A stretch of DNA of 64,000 bases from Phoronis australis (GCA_002633005.1 NMRA01000454.1:302437-366436), one strand, 5' to 3'; counted from the first letter of the stretch, positions 12,855 to 26,526 are shown. Translations and numbers: made by a program. Notes: generated from the letters alone by a model not told the origin.

Positions 12855-13001
12855 ACGTGTCCCCCTGTGATAACCCAAACGTTTACGGAGAAGATTGCAA
12901 GTCGGAGTGTCAGTGCCTGACTCCAGAACACTGTGACAGCTTCACCGGTAGTTGCAGAGGCATTTGTCCTGTCCGACGGAAAGGGGACTCATGTGACATA
13001 T
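12855..13001 (+). CDS. Gene 1 exon: EGF-like module
   Basis: ccttgcag|...T|gtaagg, 147 nt; VSPCDNPNVYGEDCKSECQCLTPEHCDSFTGSCRGICPVRRKGDSCDI. Confidence 0.92.
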
Positions 13002-13568
13002 GTAAGGTCGATCAAAAACGCTATGTTTACACGTGCGTGATATACCAAAGTTCATATAACACGAAAGTGAATATGTAACTCAAAGGATTCAAATAATATG
13101 CCATTCTCTTCGACCTATATCCATCAATCTCGACACTTCATAGAACCTTGAAAGTAAATGGTGTTCATAAATAGGGCAGTATTATATGCGATGATCTTAA
13201 TGAACAAAGTTAAAGTTTTCTTATTGGAATAATCCTGTTAAAATTCCGTGTTTTGTTGTTATTGAATTTTCACAGCCAGATGGCGGCTACATCAACTTAA
13301 AGTCATCAAGCGCAAAACATATTTGCGGGTTTCCATTGTGTTGGGCCGATATCCCCTTGACTATGCACGCATATCTGAATAATATAGAACACTATACTTT
13401 GGTGGCGGCTAATTTACAGGCCTACATTTCTTTAAAGTTGTTGGGCTTACATATTCAGCAACGAATTTCATGTTTGTCTCATACTTTTCATTGTGCCTCA
13501 CGTGCATGCGTTCGTTCTATAGAGGTTACAAGAATGATTTCCTTATGCAACATCGTTTTTTGTTTCAG

Positions 13569-13715
13569 CCAGTGGCTGCCCTCGGCCAGGAACTTTCGGC
13601 GAGTTGTGCGAGAACAAATGTCACTGCAAGCAACCAACGTGCGACGATAAAACCGGAAGCTGTGAGGGTCACGGCGGCTGCTCAGAATACTTCTCGGGTG
13701 ACAACTGCTCCGTAT
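13569..13715 (+). CDS. Gene 1 exon: EGF-like module
   Basis: tgtttcag|...T|gtacgt, 147 nt; SGCPRPGTFGELCENKCHCKQPTCDDKTGSCEGHGGCSEYFSGDNCSV. Confidence 0.92.
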
Positions 13716-14953
13716 GTACGTAAACATTAACGCCTTTGACGTGATGTGTCCTTAAAGTCCAAGTTGCGTGTGATTTCAAGTTTTACTGCAGAAGCGTGCC
13801 TGTCCAACAACGCAATGTTCACATTACACATCCAATTTAAAACCTTTAGCACCCCATGTTAATCACATCACTGCAGAGAACGCACTACATCTGACGAAGT
13901 CACCATTCCGCAGAAAACACACAACACTCCCATAACACTGAAAGCACGCCTCAGAAAATAAACGCCGATCCAGAACATGCGACCCCTCAGATTAACCACG
14001 ACGACCTTAACCAAACAGCATCCCCTGTACTGTACATGTAGATTTGCTGTGAACCATGATTGAAATACACGGTACGAAATATGACGCTGAGCCCCCAGCG
14101 GAACATTTCCCAGTCATCTATAGTGTGAGTGATTTTGTCTGTGCTGTGCACGAACACGTAGACAAAATCTTACGGGCTAATATTACAGATTTTAAATTAT
14201 TTGTAGTGAAGTTGGGGATGTAGAAAATACTCTCTTTATGAATGCGCAAGCTTAGAACCTACATGTACTGTACTTTCATCTAACCTTTCCTCTGCGACAT
14301 CAGTACTAAACTTTGTCGTGGGTGCTCACCCGTTAGGCAAAAGTACTCAGCCCTCGTGATGTCTCCGTGGTAGTCTAACCAGTGTAACTCCGCAGTCGGT
14401 ACACCTCGCGTATACTGTTACGCTCAAATTTCCCTCAGGGATGAACGCTATCTGCGCAAGTGCATACGTTAAGTTATGCGACTTCCAAAATGATAAATCA
14501 TTGTCTTTATCATCGAAACTCGTTGATGCGCAACACGAAAATGGCGGAGGTGCTCCGGAACTGGATGGGGATGCGTGTTACGGAAATACACGCGGACAGT
14601 CGTTGAATTTCTGATCGCGGCGGAAATACAAAATTGTGTCCAAATGATTTTTATTTTTGATAGGAAAACATATAACTTACATGTAATGTGGCATGTATAT
14701 CCAAAGTGCGTGATCAACACATACGCTAGGCATAAGGACTTGGGTGTATTTTTGTTCTAATGGAATTATGTCGAAAAATTGCACCTGCAACATATAAAAC
14801 GGACGGATAAATTAGGCTTAGTTTGAAATTAAGGCAGATTAATACAGACAATGAAGTTTTTGCTGAGCTTGAAATTTCCGTGCACCGTTTTGTTGGATTA
14901 CACACGCATGTATAAGGCCTGAGCTGAACAAACATATTCTTGTGAGAGTATTG

Positions 14954-15060
14954 TCTCAGTATGACGTCATGACCAACCGTAGACCAATAGTGTTAAACTT
15001 GTGTCTTGTGAGGGGTTAGTCTCAGTATCACGTCATGACCAACCGTAGACCAATAGTGTT
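14954..15060. repeat. Two-copy direct repeat of ~41 bp containing TGACGTCA/CCAAT
   Basis: TCTCAGTAT[G/C]ACGTCATGACCAACCGTAGACCAATAGTGTT at 14954 and 15020. Confidence 0.85.
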
Positions 15061-15079
15061 GAAGTTTTGTTTGTTACAG

Positions 15080-15112
15080 TTGCACTACCTGACTTAGAAC
15101 AAGGGATTAAAG
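15080..15112 (+). CDS. Gene 1 probable 33-nt juxtamembrane micro-exon (ALPDLEQGIK)
   Basis: Strong acceptor ttttgtttgttacag|, donor AAG|gtacgt, phase 1-1, no stop. Confidence 0.6.
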
Positions 15113-17193
15113 GTACGTTAAAGTTCTTGTATTATTGGGAAGTGTAAAAACAAGATGGAGACGCAATTAAACTTATTTGTCCCCTTTCAATTAAGCTTTC
15201 ATATCTCTTCTCTTGTGCCATGCTTTAGGAGTATTTCGATATTGGCTCCACAACTGTAGGAAATATTTAAAAGACATAAATCGCGACTTTGACCTATTTA
15301 TAGATACGAAAACGACTTTACTGTCCAACTCTCTGAACCAAAAAATATGACCTGTAACCCTCTACAACCTTCAAAAATGGAAGGAAATTTTGAAAACTCC
15401 TTCCAAACTTTGCCAAACGGGCAAGCGTAGCCTTCGCGTTCAGCGAATTACACGGTGACTGTGTGAAAAGACCACACAACAATGACTTTAATGTCCAATT
15501 TGTCCGATAGGGGGTATGAAGTTTTCGGTGCTTCCTGCTTTTATCTTTCAACATTGACATTAAAGATGCATTAGCACTTGACAGAACGACGATTGGACGA
15601 ACCCCTCGGCATACAATGTAGGCTTTACAATCCTTTTAAAGGAAGTGTTTTACAAGACAAGATTTCTTTTTAAACCTTTTATTTCATTTTGTCTTTCATT
15701 GGCCAATTGCTAGTGAGATGTTCAACACTGTATTTTTTCGTTAGGTCTCTGTCGGGCAAAAAAGTGTGCATTGGCAATATCGAGCACGTGCTTAATATAC
15801 ATGTTTTGTGGTCAATTAATGCCACAAGCAATTGGAAAAAATACTTTTTCCGTTCTTGACTGGTACTCTCTTTGTATTATGCATTTGTAATGAGGGCCGG
15901 AGGCATGTTACATGAAATTAACCTACATACGGGTCATTCGAGCTACTCTTATGGTGAACTTTTTGCTCAGTTGTCTTGACGTTGGCAAATTATCCAGTTA
16001 CATTTTATGGGAATGGGGGACTTGTGAACATACATTCGCTGTTTTTTGTTGTTGCCATCATTCCGTGTATTTCCTCAGTGCTGTGAGGTTTCTCTATTGA
16101 CTTTTCTTAACTAAGTGGTCGATGGAAAATTGCTGAAGTCTGGTAAATACATGTATAACCAGATATATCTGAGTTCTTTTTGTGAAGAATTTAGGGTTGA
16201 GACACTGGGGATCGCTAACGTCGGATTACGATGTTTGCAGTATCTGTTTGACGTTTGAAGTCGCCCATTTCTATTTTTTCATTGACATTTTGGCATTATT
16301 TTAGTTTCAGTCTTTCTGTACTACACGGCCTCACTACTTTAGCTGTCATCTGTTACGACACGGTATTTTCACTTACTTGTAATTTCCTAGCTATTACGCG
16401 TATTGTGTCGCCGAATTCTAATAGGAATCGGGTTGAATTAGAAGCATAACAGTTAAAGTCCATGGACGTTCTCAGAAAATGCAACGTCCCCTGCTATATC
16501 TCTACAGACTTATATGTGTATTATTGCATCAATCATTCCCATTTTGTGGGACCTAAAACAAAGCCATTTTCCTATTTCGTGTTTCACAAATGTTTTTTTC
16601 ACGGACACTTCGTAATTAATTAAGTATTGACTGGCTACATTCTATGTAAGTCCATGTTGAAATCAGTCACTGAAAGGATTGAAAACGATATTAATTAAAA
16701 CATTGCCGCCATTTTGGTAAGTTGGTTTAGAAAACCTGGTCCTGACACATTTAAAGGCCAGACGATTGTTTAGATACACCCTAATGGGAAAAACTTCAAA
16801 TCTCAATGTACGTGGAGAATAGTTGCAGGCAAGCTACACTGTTGTAGGCATACTGTGTTCCTTTCTATACCTCTCTATAGTAAGTAGCCTAATTGAATGA
16901 TTTTAGGTTCAGGAAAGTCGGAGGGCAATTGCGTGAAATAAATGGTTTTCCACTTTTTTGTTTCTGTGCTTTTGCCGCAGCAAGAGTCTGTCTATTGTCC
17001 CATTATATGTCGTGAAACCAGTGTAAAAAACAATCGTCTGAATATAAAATGAAGACAACAACCATCTTCATTTTAAGACCCATCCCACCAACGATTCTAC
17101 TTACGAAATCTATGTGCAAGTTCTCCTTAACTAAATTTACACGAATTCACCTTTTATTCTTTCCTAAGTCCAATATTACTTGCCTACATTTAG

Positions 17194-17522
17194 GTTTGAA
17201 ACCTAGGGCGACGAAGGGTGAGAGACCAGAAAGACGAATAATTTCTGTGAGCGCTGTGTGCGCCCTGGTCTTCATTTTTTGCGTCGCTCTCGCCATTTTC
17301 ATGTATGTCGCAAAAACTCACAAGAATATCTTTGGAGTGGACGATGGCGAACTGCATGAAGAAGGTGAACTGTTAAGCGGTGAAAGTGATTCGTATCTGG
17401 AGACGCCGTCGGAAACCAAGTCCGATTCTGATTCTAATGCGTATGATGAAATCGGACACCAGGAGACACCATCGGGAAGTGAAGATGAGGTCATATGTGG
17501 AGAAGTTGATCACGCCTTTTAA
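17194..17522 (+). CDS. Gene 1 terminal exon: transmembrane helix and acidic cytoplasmic tail
   Basis: catttag| acceptor in phase 1; hydrophobic IISVSAVCALVFIFCVALAIFMYVA followed by KTHK; D/E/S-rich tail with NAYDEI; stop TAA at 17520-17522. Confidence 0.88.
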
Positions 17523-18919
17523 CATTAGCCCTCCTTTAAAAGAGCATTAATACTTGCAGATTTGCTCCTAACATCACCTTACAATGATCATGGTTATCCA
17601 GATCACGACGCCATTTCAAGTTTTGGATTATTCAAAGGGCGTGCTAGTTAAATGCATTTATTTATTTTATGTACATGTACATGTTTATGGTAAATCTTGT
17701 TTTACTGAAAGCTGTATTCCCTTTGCACATACGTGCATTTCATTACCAACGACATGGACAAATTAATGATTTTATTTAGTAATCAAATATATATTGATAA
17801 CTGGAGATGTGATTTATAAATGGAAGACAGGTACGTTTCAAAAAGTGTCATTTTTGAATCTTATTCGATATTTTTCGATGTAGTTGGTTTCATGTTTGAT
17901 TAAACTGGTGATTTAACTATCAATTTGTTTCATGTTTAACAAAGTGTTTCCAGTATTTTCCCGTCATACCCTGTATAATATTTGTTCTTCCGAGTACTGT
18001 TGGCGATTTCTGTCAGGAAAACGCACTATATCGAACCACGCCAACCATTTTGGTAAAAAAGTTTACGTAACCGATTAACAGACCAGCTGCTGTGTCTTTC
18101 CCGTGTCAAACCCATTGAGCTGCACACTCGACGGGATGAGCCGCTGCAGATAAGGACGTTGATTAAACAGAATAGCTCACCGGGTGTCCAAAATTTGGCC
18201 TAGTTCTCATGTGTTCAGGCGATAATTTCGGTGCCTAATCGCATGTGGCGCTAATGACAATCTGAACGGAACAACCGCTTTGTCACCATGATGACCATTG
18301 TGGCTATAGAATGCCTAAACATCAGTTTTGCCATGGGAAGTTCAGACAAAGCTGCTGTGTTAGCCAGCTACGGTCTTGAGGGAAGTCAATATCCAGAGTT
18401 ATACATGCACTTTCCGTGCAGCCGTGTTCATCCAGAGCTGTTCATGTTCCGCATTGGTCCATTGTTCTGAAGTGTTTCGACTGAGCTGGGGGATCCGTGG
18501 TCATCCATTTGGGCGCCTTGTTGATTGTTTGTTCCTGACGCGTAACTACACTGTACATGTATACGGTTTCCCAGGTTGGTCCATGTAGCTTCCGTGTTGC
18601 CATTGTTCAACTGTAAAACCCCAAAACGGGATAGGATCATCCCAGATCTTGATCCGAGTGGATCCATCACTGAGTTTACGACTCGTGTGTGAGGGGTTCT
18701 TTTGCCGTTAGCATCGCCCTTTCATTGTCTTGTTCATGAGGGAAGGAAATGGAAAAATGTGAAAAAACGACCCTGTTTTGTAAATTCAGTTGTGTTTAAA
18801 TTATGATCAAACCCTATTTTTAAATTGGAGTCTACTGTTTCTACATGCTGTTTCGTCACTCGTGTCGACGAATCACGTGTTTTATTAAATTGAGTCTCTT
18901 TCGTCAATACTATCGACGA

Positions 18920-20690
18920 TTCCTAAAACTAACCCCGCTATGAATGGCTGAGGCCCGCATCAGTAATAACGCCGCGTCTTTCAAGTTAGGCAGATCCAAA
19001 AGCCTCCAGCATAAATTCATAAATTTTCAAGCTTGTCTGCATTTCTTTCATAAAATCCGTCTACAAGGATCTTTGAATCAATATTTTAAATCTCATTAAG
19101 AACGAGCGCCAGATTAAGCTGCGACATTTTCAGGCACGTGATGAACTAATTTCTTTACCCACAGACTGGATTTGGAAAATTGAATCCCCAAAATAGGAAA
19201 ATTGTCTATTCAAATACGACGGGATTGGATAATGCGTGTGGCACGACTCTTTAAACAACATCTGACATTAGAAAAGCAGTGAATCCTCTAAACAGGACGG
19301 ATTTTATTGAATTGAATTGAAATTTGGAACTAAGATGAATTATCAAGCAACTTTGATTTTCGCTTAAAATTGGATTGAATTTATTAAGTGTAATAGCAAT
19401 TAAGAATCATGATTTAATTGATAATTAAATCAGATTCACGTAATAGCCATGGGTTCACCCCTGGGACCAGTGTTAGCTAATATTTTCATGTGCAATCTCG
19501 AGGCTGAGGCTCTGGCTAGTTGTCCATCGGATTGTAAACCACAATTTTACCGTAGGTATGTGGACGATACGTTTGTTGTGTTTTTGTCCAAGAGGTCAGT
19601 CAACACCTTTTTTAATCACATGAACAACATGTATCCGTCCATCAACTTCGCCATTGAACGTGAGCGCGAGTCGTGTTTACCTTTTCTAGATGTCTTGCTT
19701 TAACGTGAGAATACATGTAGCACCGTTGTTACAGTTTTACTGGGCTTTATCTTAAATTTGATAGTTTTGTGCCTATCCAGTACAAAAGAGGTCTAGTCAA
19801 TTGCTTGTTACACCGTGCCTGGAGAATCTGCTTCACCAATTTAAATTTTGATATTGACGTACATGTGTAGCTATGATTTTTCAGTTATTGCGTGCCAATG
19901 GTTACCCTCTGAGAGTTCTGAATATCTGTAAAAGGCACTTTCTTGCAAAAATGAATGAGGCGGATAAGGAGCTGTTATTGGACCCCAGAAAATGAGAGTT
20001 TTCTTTTCTCATGGTTACACTGTGCCAAGTAGTATAAAATGAAACGTCAATCACCTCGCCTTATTTATTGCATAGACACAGCAGTTGAACTGATAGTTGT
20101 TTTCAAACCCTTTCGGAAACTTTCCAATATGCTGTGTAAACTGAAGTCACCCATCCCGTTATTGAACAAGAGCAATGATGTGTATAAGGTTGGATGTGAC
20201 AACTGTAAGGAATTCTATATAGGACTCACACAGAGACGCCTCTGTGACAGGTTGAAAGAACATCACACCTCAGAGAAAAGTAACATATATAGACATTGTA
20301 TTAGCTACATGTACAATCACCAAGCCAACTCTTGTTAGTTTTATCTGCAGAGAAAACTAATAAGGAGTTAATGTACATCAAAGAGTCATTGGCCATTCAG
20401 AACCAGCATGCCACTGATCCTCTGAATAACATGCAGAGCTCAGTGACCCTGCAACTATGGTGATGACCAGATGCTGACTATATTCTATGTATCTCTCTCT
20501 TCACTCTATGGATGTTACCTGAGCTGTATGTTGGCAGTTGTTGTCCTAAATGGTTGTAAATATGATCATGATGATGTCTAATGAAAAGACGAAACGTTGA
20601 TTTGAAGATGATTTTTTTTATTTGTGCGGCGATCGTCCGGTTTTTAATGATTTAATTGTGTTATAAATAAATGCTGAATTTATTAAATAC
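18920..20690 (+). mobile_element. Degenerate Penelope-like retroelement (RT + GIY-YIG endonuclease)
   Basis: YEWLRPASVITPRL (~18938), AMGSPLGPVLANIFM, YRRYVDDTF, LPFLDVL (19449-19703), GIY-YIG VYKVGCDNCKEFYIGLTQRRLCDRLKEH (20180-20270); stops and frameshifts. Confidence 0.93.
20565..20602 (+). ncRNA. Minimal type-I hammerhead ribozyme-like motif at the PLE 3' end (C3 variant)
   Basis: ATC-ATGATGA-T-GTCT-aatgaaa-AGAC-GAAA-CGTT-GAT: stem II GTCT/AGAC, GAAA core, palindromic ACGT stem III, stem I ATC/GAT. Confidence 0.65.
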
Positions 20691-22467
20691 AGTTGAATTT
20701 ACTTTCACAATTTCTGCCGTTTCCGCCCCTCTTCCCACGCATCATACAGTGCAATGAATCAAGTGCGCATGGCATCGTGTTATTGATTGGTCAATTAAGA
20801 GTGAGGTCAACCGTATAGATCCAAGTAATTTCGTCGTTGCTTGCCACAATTGACCTTACGCCAGAAAATGAATGACAGGTGTGATTGACCAATCAGAATG
20901 CTGCATTCCGGACATCCCTCCAGACTGCAGTTCCAGTCGACATCTTGTCTGACAAGCATTAGCGGCTGTAGGACAAAACACGTTCAAATACGCGCATTTT
21001 AAATGGCCAAGAGTTGTTGTAGTGTGTGTAATTCAGACAGTCGTGACGTTATACCGACAGAGATGAAAGTCCTGTCAAATTTTGGACTAGAAACTCACAT
21101 GCATAAACTATACTTATTCGAGCACAGTCTGATAACCACTTATCTTGAATTCGCACAAAAGGAGCAGAGGTATTGCCAAAAATAATGTCGGGTTCGTTTC
21201 AAGTACGGGGATTTGAGACCTGGTCCTGGTTTTGGAATACAGGAAATTCAAAGTAATGAATTTTAGAAGATAACGAACCTTCAGAGTAATGGGCATTCGG
21301 AGTACTGCACCTTCGGAGTATTGATCCTTCGTCATAGTGACATGGAATCTTGGAAATATTTTCCATCAAGTTTGTAGCTCTTATGAAGTCTGCAGGGTTG
21401 TGCACCATTGACATCGATTGACTGGAGAAGATTTTCATTGACCAAAGTTGAGGTCTACGCCCACTTTTCCATCATAACGTGAATATGCTCAACGGTGTGT
21501 TCTCAGTGCAAGAAAACATGGTAGTTGAATGTCTGTTTTTTTGGCACGACGGAGGACTGCCTATAATGAACTTACCGTCAGCGTGTGCTGAATTTAAAGA
21601 AACAGAAAAGTTCAAACGCGTACAGGCATTCATATCAACCCACCAATCCACAATCAAAGTGGACTCTGGATGAACAACATATTCGGATTTTTGACGATCA
21701 CCTTCAATTCAAAATTTGAAAATGCCTACACCTCTACCTTACTGTGCTTGCAATTAAAACCAAAATAGCAGAATAACAAATCTAAAATTTCTGCTGTTTT
21801 GTTTTTTGGGAACTGTTACTAAGGTCGTAGGGTTAGACTTTTATGCTTAGGTATATACATTCACATTTGGACTCACTTGTTACCCTTTGGTTTAGCCACC
21901 ACGCGCGTGGTTTATGAATAACGTAAACCCTCCTCTTATCATATGCACTCAGGCGAAGTTTACCGAGTACGACCCGATGACACGTGAAGCGCTTTGAATC
22001 AGAGGCAAATACAAAATTATTACTAACTTAGTTACATGCATCATTGTAGTTAGTAGCACCAGTAGCTGCAACAATTTTGTTGTTGTTATCCATTCATATC
22101 CAATGTTTAATGAATATGCTGGGGCTGGACCTTTTCGGCGGGGGAGGGATTTGATCGAAACCCCCACGGCTACAGGCCTGTACTATTAATTATACATGTT
22201 ACTTAATGTAAAAAGGTGAAGCATTAACTGCAACTCCCTCCCCCAATGTGGATGCCCGGGCCGTCGCCACGGTGACTGAGCACCATAAAGAAAATCTATG
22301 AATAATTAATTCGAATGTGTTTATAATTAAAGACAAAAAGGGAATAGTTCCATTGCCCGCATACCTTTGTTGTGCAAATGAAATGATTGTCAATCTCACT
22401 GAAAAACTATCGGGACACGTTATACCCACGAACTGTGAATAACATATTCGCAACATGAACAGAATGT

Positions 22468-23870
22468 TTAATCTACGTTACAGCTTTGATAGTTTCCACG
22501 AAATCTAACACGGCCGTACGTACTCAATATCAGGTGCCGCAGAGGTGTTTTCAGCCTTTTTGGAGAACACCATATCAGACATAAAAATACGGACTGTTCC
22601 AGAGAGAGGTCAACAGCCGATCTACTGAAGTTCTTTTCTCGTACGTAGCACTGAGAAAGCACCGTTTTCCAGCACTTTACGTAATCTTGGGTCTGTAAAT
22701 TTCAACTTTTGGTAAAACAATGTTCCCCATCTGGCGTAGTTTGGGCGGTTCTGGGCAAAGTATACATCTAACATAGCAGGGGAAATGTTGATACAGCCAC
22801 TGACGTCATTGTTCTTGACGCATCTCTGGAGTTCTCTTTGGGCTCGGTTTACTATAAAGACGGAGATTGCCCAAAACTGATAAGTTTTGCCAAATTTGCC
22901 ATTAATCACTGGGTGAAATGAAGGTAGTTGGCGCGCATACATAACGCAGAAGACAGCAAAAGACGGCAAATTAGCAGTTGCATCAAATGACTCGTCCGAA
23001 AACAGAGGGACGCATCTTAGACTGGTAAAATAGGACAGCGAAAAATCGAAATTCGTGCAAACACAATGTGCTATTTAAAAGTGAATCATGTGGAGTATTC
23101 CGCTGTTTTCGCATGAACTTGTGAGGTCGCTGCTACACCAGGCGCGATGTTTCTGGTTTTCATGCCCTGACGTAAACTTGCGGACAAAAATCTTTCACAC
23201 TGTGTGGCAACCTATGTCGTACGGACTAGGTGGCTTATTAAAAATCGAAGTGCCTGGTTCCTCAATGTGATGCTTATTCATTGTGAATGGGCTTAGATGT
23301 ATAATCAATTTTGTTTCGACTCTTTATTTGTCTGATTGGGGCATCTTACTGTTATGCCCCGTGCATGTGATGTTGAACATCGGACGATTGGTTTCAAACG
23401 GTTACCTGGTGGGTTGATTTAGCTCAACTCAGGTACTTGGGCGTGTCTGGCGGGGATAACCCACCACTAGATTTGTCTGGCAGTGTCCATTCGTGATACA
23501 TGGGCTCACAGTGAATATTTTGAAACTGGTTTCACGCGGTTACCCCTTGGACTGATCTACATGTAGCTCAATGTTTGCACCTTGCTTATAACCGTCCGGC
23601 TGATACTCCCCACCACTGAAATTGTCTGGCAGTGACCAATTTTGATGCAGTGGATTACGTAGGAGGTAACCAAGGCGGTTTGAATTGGTTACCAGAAAAG
23701 TTGATCTAGCTCAATTTCTGAGTGTCATACTCTTGGCTCCCCCAAACACACCCACCAAACCGAACCGGCCAGACGGCCTTTCCCACCATTAGGATACCCC
23801 CAGAGCACTGTGGCACCAAAGAAAATTGGTTACCTTTTCATGCCCAAAAAAGCTCTGGGATCCCGATCTA
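22468..23870 (-). mobile_element. Academ (AcademX-type) transposon remnant
   Basis: QFWAI...RELQRCVKNND...MLDVYFAQNRPNYARWGTLF...GAFSVLRT-KNFSRSAVDLSLEQS transposase motifs; subterminal repeats 23395-23710; ends ...CCCGATCTA (TAG terminus). Confidence 0.75.
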
Positions 23871-25564
23871 GATTAAAAGCTTGGCCAGTGTTAAAAGCAC
23901 GTGGCCAGGAAGCGCGCGGTACAGTACATGAATGAACCTGTCATCAAAGACATCATTCGGGAACTATCCATTCATTAAACGGGTACCATAGCATCACCAA
24001 GAGATGAATATTGGCACTAATTTCCGACAGTTTCTAATACTATAAAAATATTTGCGTCATTTTTAAGATAAATTGTTTGATTAACCATAATTAGTGTTTT
24101 TAATCAAAATACCCAATAAAATGACCACTGACAGTGAATGCTTACACACCCAAATTTCGCCACAAAAATTGCAATAACTTTACACTGCTTGCCTCGATTT
24201 TGATACTTTTTCGATTTTACTGAGTAGAATGCATTTCCTTTCCGATGATAGCAAAGTACTTTTTCAAAACGAGAAAAAAAATCAAAACGAAAACAAATGG
24301 TTCGTCTCATATTGGTTCCTGGGTTCGACTGCCTTACGTAAGGAACTAAACACCAATGCTATTTTAACATAATCCGTACGCGTAACATTCCAAAAAATTC
24401 AACGACCACTAACTACAAACTATAAATATACTACATATACATGTACAAACGAATCACGAGATATTACTAATAAAACAAAATAATGAAGACTTTTCGAGCA
24501 AGCGATAGCACATTCAGTTGCAAGGAAAAAATGGCGGCGTTCAGGACAAGTTCCTGAACTGATGAGCNNNNNNNNNNNNNNNNNNNNNNNNNNNNNNNNN
24601 NNNNNNNNNNNNNNNNNNNNNNNNNNNNNNNNNNNNNNNNNNNNNNNNNNNNNNNNNNNNNNNNNNNNNNNNNNNNNNNNNNNNNNNNNNNNNNNNNNNN
24701 NNNNNNNNNNNNNNNNNNNNNNNNNNNNNNNNNNNNNGCTGTTTATGCCTATCAGTAGATGAGAGACCTTGCAGTTTCGAGAACCTTCTATGCGACAGAA
24801 CAGCCTTTGTTGTATTATGTTGAATTAACTAAAACACCAGGACCGGGTTGCAAAAAACTGCAAAATTATCCCCCGGATAAGTTTCATTGTTGTGTGACGA
24901 CAGGTGCCTTGTTCAATAATAAGAACGTGGCTCGGGATAATGCGTAGTCATTGTTGGTATACGGCGAATGACTTTTACGCAACAGAGCCCAGGCGAACAT
25001 GCTCGCTTAATAGAATTCAGGTTTCTGTTCTGTGTATTCGCGACATTAGCCATGCACTTATGGTGTAATATTTTCGCATATAGATCTGAATCGGTGAATT
25101 ATTTCCCATAATGCATGAAGTCTATCCCATTATTTAACATTCCAACCTCATCGACCAATCATGAGAGTGGCTGCTATTTTGCTCGGGTTACTATTGTCAT
25201 GTCTCCGGTCTATTTGCGAATCATTCACCTCTCACCTGCGCGATTTTGCGTGATCTTTGTTGCTTGATCCCTTGTTTTGGCTAAAATCGTGGTTCTACAA
25301 CATCCCAGCTTCCTCGGCAGGGCAGATACACCATGGTGGAAATGTGTTTGGTGCTACCAGCCAGGCTCATCTATCTTTTTAGTTATCCCATACGCGTTGA
25401 ATCAGTCGTGTGCAATACGGCTATGTGATGTTGTTTTCCGTGTTCACCTCCCGCACTACTGTACTTCAACAGTGCCCTCTGTCATGGACAGTTCAAAAGG
25501 TAAGCCAATTTCGACTCGACGTCGTTAGCCGGTTTGATCGCCAAACTTTCCGAATATAGTTTAA

Positions 25565-26526
25565 ACAGTACACACCATGGATTTTTGCACATTTTGAATG
25601 ACCGGTGGCCACAGACTAAATGTATGACGTAAAATTTAGCTAAACCCATGTTTATTTTGTGTAATTAGCTCGAAATTTTGATTTTTCTTTCAATTTTGCC
25701 AATTTTCACATTTCCCGCCATGTGACGTCATGGGTTGAACACAAGAGATCAGTGACTAGCATTGAACAATGGCGGAGACCAGGGAATTTGAAAGTGACTA
25801 CGATTATGAGCAAGAATTGAACGAATACTATGAAGAAACGTACGGAAATGGTGGCCAGGATGAGGAAATGGGGTTGCACGAAAGCGAGAACAAGTTTAAT
25901 GTGCTTCCGGCTGCGTACTTTTCTACTTTGAGCCTTATGAACTGGATCCTCCCGCGAGAGAAGCGGCCTCGGGCTCGGCAAGTCAACCCAGTCATCCAAC
26001 AGACGATCCTGAATTAAGAGCTGATGTTTCTGAATGATAAATATTGTCCTTTATTGAACCAGGCCTTCATCGTAACGTCTCCTGTGACTGGAGTAGAAAC
26101 ACGAGTCCTCAAAGTGGGCAGAACACAGAGTGGCCCCGGACCGAATCGCTTGGTCCACGATGAAGTCCCACACTCTCGTTCGGCGCTGGAAGCCATGCCA
26201 CTTCTGCGCAACTTTGGTGTCCTTCGTAACACCGAGACGTTTTCCGCGTGGCTGCTGTTGCTGCAGCCTCCGGAAACACATCTTTTGATCCCTCTACGAA
26301 CCTTCTCCACGCTAAATGTACTTTGCTTTCTCTTCACTCTATATACTTTGTCTCTGATCCGAACAGCATGGCGAACGACTTGGGTTCAACCCATGACGTT
26401 GTACATAATTATTATTTTTTCAATTTTTGCGTGTTTCTATATGAGCTGTGCACTAAAAGCACTGAAATCAAGTAACATATAATAATAAAATTTATTTTGA
26501 GGTACTAGAGTCATGTTGTGTACACT
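25565..26526. mobile_element. Internally deleted Kolobok transposon (KolX remnant on +, THAP remnant on -)
   Basis: TTAA TSDs at 25561 and 26527; TIRs ACAGTACACACCATG / CATGTTGTGTACACT; + strand FEPYELDP...RADVSE (P2X7-C-terminal-like/KolX start); - strand RCVSGGCSN...KW...LCSAHFEDSCF (THAP). Confidence 0.8.

Noticed and set aside
21003-21673. Short Cys-containing ORF fragments, possibly a decayed transposon gene
   Set aside because: No diagnostic motif recognised and no convincing termini.
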